Positions 55,679-64,000 of a stretch of DNA of 64,000 bases are shown here, in pieces; positions within the stretch are counted from its first letter, which is position 1, and every line of letters starts with the position of its first letter. The notes beneath the pieces were generated by a model. It was given only the letters and a program-made list of their open reading frames with translations. It ran no database searches and was not told where the DNA came from. Source of the stretch: Candidatus Aminicenantes bacterium (GTDB lineage Bacteria; Acidobacteriota; Aminicenantia; Aminicenantales; JAFGBC01); NCBI GenBank assembly GCA_963702005.1, contig OY969696.1, positions 2,656,001-2,720,000 of the forward strand, in the 5' to 3' direction. A program made the translations under genes and the position numbers.

Positions 55679-58440
55679 GACGACAGTCCGGGACTTCCAG
55701 GTTCGGACCGGGACCGCCGCGTCTTGAGTTCTAGAACGCGGAGGTCGAATCGTCCGCAGGCGAGCTTGAATCCCAACGATTTGTCCCGGATTCCCAGGCA
55801 GACGATTCCGGAAGCGCGGTCCTCCCTAAAAAGCCCATCCTTCCAGATGACGCGGGATCCTTCGCGGACGACGCATCGGATTTCCGGGACTGGGACGAAG
55901 ACTTCGGCCTCGGCGCCGACCGGGATCTCCAGGCTCAGACGAAACACCCCCGGTCCCTTCCTCCAGGAAGAGCGGAGCTTGCCCCGGACCGTCATGATTT
56001 CCGCATCCAGCGAATGAAGTCCGTTGGGGATGAGAGGTTGGATCCGGACTCGGGCCCAGCCGGCCTCCAGACAGCGGATCCCGGCCAGATACTTGTAGAA
56101 CCAAGCATCCACGCTCCCGAGCATGATGTGGTTATGGGAATTCATCCCTCCGCCCGCCATCTTTTCCCACCGTTCCCAGAGCGTGGTTGCGCCTTCCTTG
56201 ATCATATAGCCCCAGCCCGGGTAACTCGTTTGGGTCGCGATGCGAAAGGCCGCCTCGCCGTGGCCGGAGTCGGTAAGAACGTCCAGTAAGTAGCGCGTGC
56301 CGATGATCCCCGTGTCGAGATGGTAATCCTGATCCTCGACAACGCTGCGCATCAGGGCGGCAATCACCGATAATTTGGCCTCGGCCGGAACCATATCGAG
56401 GGCCAACGGTAGGACTTGCGAGGTCTGGGATGGAACCCGGTCCAGGGGGGCGAAGCGGCGGCCCCTGTATTCGCCGTCGGCCAGGAATTCACGGTTGAAG
56501 GAATCCTTGATGACCTCCCCGCGCGCGGCATAATCACGGGCCTCTTCCTGCCTCCCCAAGGCCTTTGCCATCCGTGTGAACAGGACCGTGTCGTGGTATA
56601 AAAACCAGGTCGAGGTCAGTTCCAGTGGCGTTTTCTTGGGCGCGATACTCCCGGGCGGGCACCAATCCCCGTATTTTCCCAGGCTGCGCAAGACCCCGCT
56701 ATCCGAATTCCTCCACAGAAAATCGACGTATTTTTTCAGGCTCTCGCGGCTGCGCTCCAGGACGCGCGCGTCCGCGTAAAACCAATACAGCAGCCAGATC
56801 AGGATCGCGAAAGCCGAACCCCAGGCCGGGTCGGCCGGATAGAGCCGGCTGAGGTAGGGCGGGACGGCATCGGGGAGGCTTCCGTCCGCCCGCTGGGCGA
56901 GCCGAATGTCGTCGACGAACTTGGCCCAAAAAGCCGCCATGTCGAAATTGAAGGCCGCCTGTTCAGCCGCCAGGTGCGCGTCTCCCAGCCAACCTTGGCG
57001 CTCGTCCCGCTGGGGACAGTCGGTCGGGATGCTCATCAGGTTGGAGCGCTGTCCCCAAAGGATAGCGGCGTGAATCCGGTTCAGCAGGGAATGGGATGAC
57101 CGGAAGCGTCCCGTCGCCTCGAGATCGGAATGGACGACTCGGCCCTCGACGCTCTTGAGGCCGGTCCGGGCCGCCTCGCCGGATATTTCGACGTAGCGGA
57201 AGCCGTGGTAGCTGAAACGAGGCTCGTAGACCTCCGTCCCCTTGCCCTTGAGAATATAGGTATCGGTGGCCTCGGCATTCTGATTGGGAGCGGTGTTGAG
57301 GGAGCCGTCCTCATGGACGAGCTCGGCATGCCTGAGACGGACGGCCGACCCGCGCGCCCCGCGAACTTTGATCCGAACCCAGCCGGCGAAGTTCCGTCCA
57401 AAATCGTAAACTCGGACACCGGGCGCGATTATCCGGAAATGTCTGGGGCGCAGCGTCCGAACGACTCGGATGGGCGGCATGATCTGGGCCGCCAGAGCGG
57501 GACCGTCCGTTTCGACAGGACGTTCCCAGCTGCCGTCCGGGAAGCCGGGGCGGTCCCATCCGGGCTTCTCGAGCCGGGCGTCATAAATTTCCCCGAAATA
57601 GAGGCCGTTCTCCTTGAGCGCCCCTGCGGATCCTTTCCAGGATGCGTCCGAGACGACCCTCGTCATCGAGCCGTTGCGCCTCATGATCACGAGCTCGAGG
57701 AAGAGGCGGGGCGGCCCGTAGCCGTAGTAAGGGATATGGCGGCCGTTCCCGAGCATGACGCCGAAAGCGTTGCGCGGCTCGAGGAGTCCGGTCAGGTCAT
57801 AGGCCGCATAGAGGGCTTTGTGGGAATAATCCGTCCAGCCGGGATCGAGAACATGGTTCCCGACCTTGCGGCCGTTCAAGCCCAACTCATAGCACCCCAG
57901 CCCGCAGACATAGGCGGTCGCTCGGACGACATCCCGGGGGGCTTCGAATTCTTTTCTCAGGTAAACGGCATGAGGCTGGAGGACATCGCCCAGGTATTCA
58001 CCCAGCAAGGTGGTCCCTTTCGTCCGGAACATCGGCGGATTCTTCAACGCGATCCAGCGGGCCGTCCAATCGCGGGGGTCGAGCGCCCCGGTGCCGAAAG
58101 AGGCCGTTTCCGAAAACGGGGATTGTTCTCCGGCTTCGTTCCACCAGCAGACCCGCCAGAAATAGCGGCGGAAGCTCAGAAGGGGAGGCCCGCCGTAGTC
58201 CGCCAAGGCGCTTCCGGGCCGCGCGATGCGGCCGCTGTCCCAGATATCTCCCCGGCCGCGTCGGGCCAGGGCCTCCGACGAAGAGACGAGAACCCGGACG
58301 GCGGCCGGCCGTTCGCCGCGCCGCTCGGACTCAAGATGCCAGGAGAATCGCGGCCGGGGCAGGTCGACCGCGATGGGACTCCTGACATATTCGGTGCGGA
58401 GGCGCCGGGGGGTCCGAAGGAGCTGCTCGGCTTTTCTCAA
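55675..58440 (-). CDS. alpha-L-rhamnosidase (GH78)
   Basis: Probable TTG start overlapping the upstream TGA; PRFSW, YDARLE, DFGRNFAGW, IPTDCPQRDERQGWLGDA, GATTLWERW and SHNH motifs. Confidence 0.92.
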   Translation of the reverse strand: MRKAEQLLRTPRRLRTEYVRSPIAVDLPRPRFSWHLESERRGERPAAVRVLVSSSEALARRGRGDIWDSGRIARPGSALADYGGPPLLSFRRYFWRVCWWNEAGEQSPFSETASFGTGALDPRDWTARWIALKNPPMFRTKGTTLLGEYLGDVLQPHAVYLRKEFEAPRDVVRATAYVCGLGCYELGLNGRKVGNHVLDPGWTDYSHKALYAAYDLTGLLEPRNAFGVMLGNGRHIPYYGYGPPRLFLELVIMRRNGSMTRVVSDASWKGSAGALKENGLYFGEIYDARLEKPGWDRPGFPDGSWERPVETDGPALAAQIMPPIRVVRTLRPRHFRIIAPGVRVYDFGRNFAGWVRIKVRGARGSAVRLRHAELVHEDGSLNTAPNQNAEATDTYILKGKGTEVYEPRFSYHGFRYVEISGEAARTGLKSVEGRVVHSDLEATGRFRSSHSLLNRIHAAILWGQRSNLMSIPTDCPQRDERQGWLGDAHLAAEQAAFNFDMAAFWAKFVDDIRLAQRADGSLPDAVPPYLSRLYPADPAWGSAFAILIWLLYWFYADARVLERSRESLKKYVDFLWRNSDSGVLRSLGKYGDWCPPGSIAPKKTPLELTSTWFLYHDTVLFTRMAKALGRQEEARDYAARGEVIKDSFNREFLADGEYRGRRFAPLDRVPSQTSQVLPLALDMVPAEAKLSVIAALMRSVVEDQDYHLDTGIIGTRYLLDVLTDSGHGEAAFRIATQTSYPGWGYMIKEGATTLWERWEKMAGGGMNSHNHIMLGSVDAWFYKYLAGIRCLEAGWARVRIQPLIPNGLHSLDAEIMTVRGKLRSSWRKGPGVFRLSLEIPVGAEAEVFVPVPEIRCVVREGSRVIWKDGLFREDRASGIVCLGIRDKSLGFKLACGRFDLRVLELKTRRSRSEPGSPGLSS

Positions 58441-59912
58441 GACGGGGTCGTGGCCTGGGCGAGGAAGTAATCGGAGACGTTGATCCCGTACTTGGTGGGC
58501 TCGAGAACGCGGACGATCGTTCGCTTGAAGCGCTTCGAGGACGGGTCGGTCTCGGTCAGGTCGACGGTATCGCCGTCGATCTTGTTGCCGTCCGCATCGG
58601 TCACGAGCTTGACTTTGGGCCGAAGCTGGAACTGGGGCTCGGGATTCGTGTCGATGACGATCGCCATCTCGCCGCTGTCCAGCAGGACGAAGCTCCCGAT
58701 CGGGTAGCGCCCCAGCATGCTGGCGAAGACCTTGAGGAGCAGAGGATGGAACTCGCTGCCGCTGCACTCGAGCATCTGGTCGAGGGCCTCGGCCCGGGTA
58801 TAGATCTTGGTCCGGTAGGCCCGTTTGGTCGTGATGGCGTCGAAGTAATCCGCGATCTTGACGATCTTGCTGAACAGATTGGCCTCCCGCTTCCGGAACG
58901 AAATCGGGTAACCCGCCTGATCCTCGCGGATGTGATGCTCGAGGGCGACGTGGATGGCTCGGAGCGGCAGGTTCCGGAATTCGCGGAGATGGAGGAGTTT
59001 CTCGGCGCCCTGTTGGGGATGTTTTTGCATGATGACCCGCTCCTCCGCGTCGAGTCCGCCCGGCTTCTCTAGAATTTCCTTGGGCGTGTCGAGTTTGCCC
59101 AGGTCGTGAAAGAAGGCGCTGATCCCCAGGTCCATGAGCTCGCTGCGCTGGAGGCCGATCCGCCGACCCAGGCCGACGGACAAAGCGCAGACGTTGACCG
59201 AATGGTTGAGGGTGTAATCGTCGTGGTTCTTGAGGTTCGTCAGCCCGTAGACGAACGATTCGTTGTCGACGATGTGGTTGTAGACGGACTGGACGAGCCG
59301 GCGCGAGGTCGCCAGGCGGATCTTGTCGTTGTGGCGGTCCCGCTCGAAGGAATCCTTGAGGTGGAGAATGCTCAGGAAGAAGATCTTGGCGGCGTTTTTC
59401 TCCTGGTCCATGCTGATTTCCGACAACGGGATCGGCTCGATATCGATCTTCTCAATCTGGGCCGCCTTGAGCTCGGCCGCCAGCTCGGCGAAGGACCGTT
59501 TGGAGCGGGCGTCCCGTTTGGCCAGGAGGAAGATGAAGCGGAGGAGCTCGGCTTCGTCGACGCCGGCATAAAAAATGATGCCGCCGATCTCTTTCCGCTT
59601 GAATTCATCCACCAGGAACTTGAAGATCATGTAGTTTTGGAAACCGAATTTGAGCCGCGTTCCGTTAAAGAACAGGGAGTTCTGGCGCAGGTTGAAGGTC
59701 GCCTCGGACTCCCGGCCGTGGATATCCTCCATGAGATTCCTGAGCTTCCGGGCCTGCTCATCGAAGGTGGTGTTGTTGGGCTCGAAGATCCGCGCGTTTT
59801 TATAAATAATGTGGAAGCGGACAAGAAGGTCGATGGCGCTCCGGACGACAGGCCGGAGCTCGGGCCGGGACGCCAGTCGGCGGATCGGTCTCCGCTTCGA
59901 CTCTTCGCTCAT
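58437..59912 (-). CDS. HD-GYP domain protein with uncharacterised N-terminal domain
   Basis: YTLNHSVNV, FHDLGK, HP, HH...GYP and IADYFDAIT motifs; C-terminal GRYPIGSFVLLDSGE subdomain. Confidence 0.9.
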   Translation of the reverse strand: MSEESKRRPIRRLASRPELRPVVRSAIDLLVRFHIIYKNARIFEPNNTTFDEQARKLRNLMEDIHGRESEATFNLRQNSLFFNGTRLKFGFQNYMIFKFLVDEFKRKEIGGIIFYAGVDEAELLRFIFLLAKRDARSKRSFAELAAELKAAQIEKIDIEPIPLSEISMDQEKNAAKIFFLSILHLKDSFERDRHNDKIRLATSRRLVQSVYNHIVDNESFVYGLTNLKNHDDYTLNHSVNVCALSVGLGRRIGLQRSELMDLGISAFFHDLGKLDTPKEILEKPGGLDAEERVIMQKHPQQGAEKLLHLREFRNLPLRAIHVALEHHIREDQAGYPISFRKREANLFSKIVKIADYFDAITTKRAYRTKIYTRAEALDQMLECSGSEFHPLLLKVFASMLGRYPIGSFVLLDSGEMAIVIDTNPEPQFQLRPKVKLVTDADGNKIDGDTVDLTETDPSSKRFKRTIVRVLEPTKYGINVSDYFLAQATTPS

Positions 59913-61792
59913 GACGCACCGGCCTCCGGAGGAGACGGCTTTTGCGCCTCATCCTGCGCGGGTCGGGCGGCCGGGACTGCCAAGGCTTCAAGGCAGGCCC
60001 GGCGGACCCTGAAATTTAAGAGACGGCCGCCCCGTTCGAGGGCCGCCCTGGCGCCGTCCGTCTTCATCAGCCCCAGGGCTTCGACGGCCAGCAGCCGGAG
60101 GCTTGTGACCTTGGGGGAAAACAGGGACGGCGTCATCAGGATGGATCGCAGATAGCCAAAAGCTTCATCCGTCCGGCTTTTTCCCAAGAAGGTATAGATG
60201 GCTTTCTGTTCGATCGGGCTTTTCTTCCGGAATTCCCGGGATTTGGCCTGATTGATCATTTGCTTGAGCCTGATCAGGTCGCCCATGTAGCGCAGACGGA
60301 GGGCGGCCCGGGTGCGGATCTCGGGGTCGGGATCTTTCATGAACTCGAGAATTATTTTATTGGCGGTGTCGTCTTCGAAGGCGCCCAGGGCGTCGATGGC
60401 TTCCATCTTGACGTCCTCGACCGTATAGCTCAGGAAGTTGGCGAAGAAGGGGATGACCTTCTTGTTCCCGAGATCGAAGAGCAGTCCGATGATCTCGCGG
60501 GTCAGGATGGGGCGATGGTCGTTGATGAGGCTGATAACGGGCCGGAAATCCTCGCGGGCCGATTCGCGGATACGGTCCAGGATCCGACGGCGAAAATCGA
60601 GGTTTTCGATCCGCTCATAGACATCGGCCAGGACCTGGAGGACGATCGGCCCGAACGTCCGCAGGAAGTCCATCAGGCCTTCCGGGAGCGCGATCTCCTG
60701 GCTCAAGATCTGGTTTTTAATGACCTCGAGAATCTTCTCGCTGCGCGTATTCTCGATGAATTCATCCAGGCGGATCTTCTTGGCCGCCTGGTTCTCCTGT
60801 TCGAATTGATCCCCGAGAAGACGGACCCTCTCGATAAGAAGCCGCGCCTGATCGTATTCGCCCCGCTGGACCATGTCCACGAAATGCTGTTCAAGAACCG
60901 ACACCGTCGATTGGAACATGGCAAAATTGTCCTCGAGGAACAGGATCTCGATCAGAAGGTCGATATATTCCTGGTGGGGCGGAAGTTCGCGGTTGGCCCG
61001 GATCATGAACTCGACCCGGTCGATCTCCTGCTCCTCGAGGGCGGCCTTGTGGAGAGGCGATTCCGGACCTCCCGAGTCCTCGGCCCGGCCGGCCGCCCTC
61101 TCCTCGACTTCCCGTATTTCGGTCTTCGACGTATCGGTCTGATCCAGCGGCGCGCTGTCTTCCGCGTCGAGCTCGATCCGCCCGGAGTTCAGTTTGTCAT
61201 TATCGACCTTGACCTCGACCGCGGACATGACGATCCCGTCCGACTCGAGGATGTGCATCTGCTGGACCCATTCGTCGCGTTCCCGGATGACCCGGGATTC
61301 CAAGAAATCGTCGGGCGCGAAGTACTGAATGCTCCCGAACTCCCGTTCCCAAAGGGCGTTGACGATATCGGCCTCGTCGGGAGACAGGAACGACTCCCGG
61401 CGGATGATCTCCAGGAACTCGATGATCTCCTGACGATCCAGCCCCGGATAGAAAAAGAGCATCTGCATCCCGTCCTTGAAGAAAAAGAAGGGGAGGCTGC
61501 GCAGAACGTGCTCATCGGTGTAGACCGGATCGCCGGCGAAGGTGAAACTTCGCTCTTGAATCCCAATTTCGATGGCGCCGTACTCATCTAAAAAGGATTT
61601 AAAGCGCTCGGCCAAGTCGTCGATGAGCCTCAGGACGGTGCTATGGTTGGCGGGAAAGATTTTCATGGAGGAAACGGCCTGGGACAGGATCTTCAGGATC
61701 TCCCGGATCCTATCGGCCGGCGAGCGGCCGAAAGGCCTGGCGGCCTCCTCGTTGAGAGGCGGGCTTTGATTCTTGACCTCTTCGGCACCCAT
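59909..61792 (-). CDS. HEAT-repeat protein with uncharacterised N-terminal domain
   Basis: C-terminal HEAT-like repeats (VKMEAIDALG, DPDPEIRTRAAL, LRLLAVEALG, VRRACLEAL); ATGA overlap with the HD-GYP gene. Confidence 0.75.
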   Translation of the reverse strand: MGAEEVKNQSPPLNEEAARPFGRSPADRIREILKILSQAVSSMKIFPANHSTVLRLIDDLAERFKSFLDEYGAIEIGIQERSFTFAGDPVYTDEHVLRSLPFFFFKDGMQMLFFYPGLDRQEIIEFLEIIRRESFLSPDEADIVNALWEREFGSIQYFAPDDFLESRVIRERDEWVQQMHILESDGIVMSAVEVKVDNDKLNSGRIELDAEDSAPLDQTDTSKTEIREVEERAAGRAEDSGGPESPLHKAALEEQEIDRVEFMIRANRELPPHQEYIDLLIEILFLEDNFAMFQSTVSVLEQHFVDMVQRGEYDQARLLIERVRLLGDQFEQENQAAKKIRLDEFIENTRSEKILEVIKNQILSQEIALPEGLMDFLRTFGPIVLQVLADVYERIENLDFRRRILDRIRESAREDFRPVISLINDHRPILTREIIGLLFDLGNKKVIPFFANFLSYTVEDVKMEAIDALGAFEDDTANKIILEFMKDPDPEIRTRAALRLRYMGDLIRLKQMINQAKSREFRKKSPIEQKAIYTFLGKSRTDEAFGYLRSILMTPSLFSPKVTSLRLLAVEALGLMKTDGARAALERGGRLLNFRVRRACLEALAVPAARPAQDEAQKPSPPEAGAS

Positions 61793-61849
61793 GGCGGCTT
61801 TGACGAAAAATAAACTCTGATTCAGGATAAAACAAAGGGGGCGGTCATT

Positions 61850-63124
61850 TCAACTCCCCGCGCGCCGCGAGAGGACATTGGCCTCGTAGAGACGGACCTC
61901 CTCCATCCAATCGGCGCCGGCCGGGACGCCGGCCCGGAGACAAAAGACGTCCCAGATCGAACCCCAGGGCAGGGCCTTGGTCTCCTCGAGGAGCGCCAGC
62001 CGGCCGAACAGGTCGCCCCGGGTTTCGGCGTCGCGGATGCGATCGGCCGGTTCGAGGAGCGCGATAAGAAGGGCCTTGAGGACGGCCCGGGCCCCGACAA
62101 CCCAAGCGCCGACCCGGTTCAGGCTGGCGTCAAAGTAATCAAGGGCGAAATGGACTCGCTCCAGGGCTTGCCCTCGGACGACCTCGTGGAGGACGCCCAG
62201 GACGTCCTCGTTGAGGATGACGACGTGGTCGCTGTCCCAGCGGACGGGGCGGCTCAGGTGGAGGAGAAGCTCTTGATGGATTTGGAGAATGGCCGAGATC
62301 TTGTCGGCCACGCTCTCGGTCGGATGGAAATGGCCGAGGTCGAGGCAGACCATCTTGCCCGTGGCCTGGGCGTAGCCGAGGTAGAACTCGTGGGAGCCGA
62401 CGACGTAGGATTCGCTCCCGATCCCAAACAGCTTGCTCTCGAGGGCGTCCTTCATCTGGAGCGGGCTGTAGTCCGTCTCGAAAATCTCGTCCAGGGATTC
62501 CTTGAGGAGGGCCCGGTGGCCCCAACGGTCGAACGGCGCGTCCTTGGAGCCGTCCGGGATCCACAGGTTGTGGAGGGACGGGCTGCGCAGCTCCCGGCCC
62601 AGGGCGGCGCTGATGCGGCGCGAGCGCTTGACGTGCTCAACCCAGAACTTGCGGACGTCCTTGTCGCGGTGGCTCAGGGTGAATCCCGAAGCGGCCCGAG
62701 GATGGTTGAAACAGGTCGAGTTGAAGTCGAGCTTGAGCCCCCGTTCCCGGGCCCATTCGATCCAACCCTTGAAATGGGAGGGCTCGATTTCGTTGCGGTC
62801 GACGGGGGCGCTCCCGAACTCGCCGTACATGGCGTGGAGGTTGACGCGATGGCGGCCCGGGATGAGTGCCAGGGCTTTTTCGAGGTCGGCCCGGAGTTCC
62901 TCGACGGTCCGGGCCCGGCCGGGGTGGTTTCCAGTGACCTGGATTCCGCCGTCCGCGGCCCGCCCCGCGAGCCGTTCGAACCCGGTCACATCGTCCCCTT
63001 GCCAGACGTGGAGCGAAACGGCGCAGCGTTCGAGGCGCTCCAGGGCCCGGTCCGGATCGACGCCGAACAGGGCGTAGCGCTCGCGGCCGGCCTCGTAGGC
63101 TTTCTCGACGGTTTTGGCAGCCAT
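61850..63124 (-). CDS. rhaA: L-rhamnose isomerase
   Basis: SLHVWQGDDV, NLHAMY, WIPDGSKD, ESKLFGIGSESY, GHFHPTE and RWDSDHV motifs. Confidence 0.96.
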   Translation of the reverse strand: MAAKTVEKAYEAGRERYALFGVDPDRALERLERCAVSLHVWQGDDVTGFERLAGRAADGGIQVTGNHPGRARTVEELRADLEKALALIPGRHRVNLHAMYGEFGSAPVDRNEIEPSHFKGWIEWARERGLKLDFNSTCFNHPRAASGFTLSHRDKDVRKFWVEHVKRSRRISAALGRELRSPSLHNLWIPDGSKDAPFDRWGHRALLKESLDEIFETDYSPLQMKDALESKLFGIGSESYVVGSHEFYLGYAQATGKMVCLDLGHFHPTESVADKISAILQIHQELLLHLSRPVRWDSDHVVILNEDVLGVLHEVVRGQALERVHFALDYFDASLNRVGAWVVGARAVLKALLIALLEPADRIRDAETRGDLFGRLALLEETKALPWGSIWDVFCLRAGVPAGADWMEEVRLYEANVLSRRAGS

Positions 63125-63126
63125 GA

Positions 63127-64000
63127 TTATCGTCTCTCTTTCGCGTTCTTGCTTTTCCGGATTCCCGGGAGTTCGAGGAATTTCCGGTACGCTTCCCGCC
63201 AGGCGGCCGAGGGGCGCGGCCGGAAGGTTTGGAGGGGAAAGGAGGCGCGCACGATGGCCCTCATCTCGGCCTGCGTTCGGACCAGACCGAGGGCCTTGAG
63301 CTGAACCAGGATATTCCCGGCCGAGGTCGCCTCGGCCGGGCCGGCGACGACGGAGAGGCCGGTCGCGTCCGCCGTGAGCTGGTTGAGGAGCTCGTTCTTG
63401 GACCCTCCTCCGATGATGTGGAGGCGCCCGACCGGACGGCCGATGATCTCTCGGATTTCCTCGATGACGAAGCGGTACTTGAGGGCCAGGCTTTCCAGGA
63501 TGGATCGGACGAATCCGGCCGGGGATTCGAGCGGCGTCTGTCCGGTCCGGGACAGAAAGCCGTTGACGGCGTCCGGCATGTCGGGCGGGTTGAGAAAATC
63601 GGGCGCATCGGGATCGATCAAGGCCTTGAAGGCCGGGGCCGTTTCGGCCATTCGGGCCAGCTCTTCATAGCTGTAGGTTCTCCGTTTCGTCCAGCTCTTC
63701 CGGCAGCCCTGGATGAGCCAAAGCCCCATGACGTTCTTCAGGAAGCGGATGGTCCCCTCGACGCCGCCTTCATTCGTGAAATTATGGGCGAGCGTCGTCC
63801 CGGAGACGATCGGCCTGGGAATCTCGATTCCCAGGCAAGACCAGGTGCCCGAAGAGATATAAGCATAGTCGGAGTCTTCAGCCGGGACGGCCGCGATGGC
63901 CGAAGCCGTATCATGGGTCGCGGTCGCGACGACTCGGGCCTTCCCGAGCCCGGTCTCGGCGGCGATCGGGCCGAGGAGCGGACCGAGGATCGTCCCCGGC
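63127..64000 (-). CDS. rhaB: rhamnulokinase (5' part outside window)
   Basis: Frame extends upstream past the listed ORF: ATHDTASA, YISSGTWS, FTNEGG, LKNVMGLWL and GGGSKN motifs; adjacent to rhaA. Confidence 0.92.
   Translation of the reverse strand, partial: PGTILGPLLGPIAAETGLGKARVVATATHDTASAIAAVPAEDSDYAYISSGTWSCLGIEIPRPIVSGTTLAHNFTNEGGVEGTIRFLKNVMGLWLIQGCRKSWTKRRTYSYEELARMAETAPAFKALIDPDAPDFLNPPDMPDAVNGFLSRTGQTPLESPAGFVRSILESLALKYRFVIEEIREIIGRPVGRLHIIGGGSKNELLNQLTADATGLSVVAGPAEATSAGNILVQLKALGLVRTQAEMRAIVRASFPLQTFRPRPSAAWREAYRKFLELPGIRKSKNAKERR

Noticed and set aside
49908-58767. N-terminal extensions in the ORF track for bamD, the epimerase and GH78 (also fmt, mreD, miaB, PadR, GT4)
   Set aside because: The extensions overlap upstream genes in another frame; downstream starts with RBS or stop-start overlaps fit family lengths better.

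Overview
A GC-rich bacterial chromosome segment, mostly housekeeping genes. The gene content (Oar-type TonB-dependent receptor, GWxTD protein, PASTA-only protein before rpe, DUF507 pair) suggests Acidobacteriota, possibly Ca. Aminicenantia; this is an inference. About 54 CDS are supported, including an EF-G paralog, mdh/icd/acnB, def-fmt, mreBCD-mrdA-rodA, nusA-infB-rbfA-truB, miaB, recN, bamD, rpe and a rhamnose locus. I found no rRNA, tRNA, CRISPR array, transposase or phage gene. Five signals are not explained by this annotation. (1) A modular hairpin repeat family occurs at five intergenic loci; its ends resemble IS200/IS605 ends and abut promoter -35 boxes or stop codons. (2) A coupled HEAT-repeat/HD-GYP gene pair inside the rhamnose locus appears to share an unnamed N-terminal domain. 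(3) A secreted protein has Cys-flanked Ig/PKD repeats fused to a small C-terminal beta-barrel. (4) Several conserved Glu residues read as Lys in the same CC-AAG context, probably a methylation-linked sequencing artefact. (5) A sigma-54 promoter with IHF-like and enhancer-like sites lies upstream of the TonB receptor. All product calls come from motif recognition by eye; no database searches were run.
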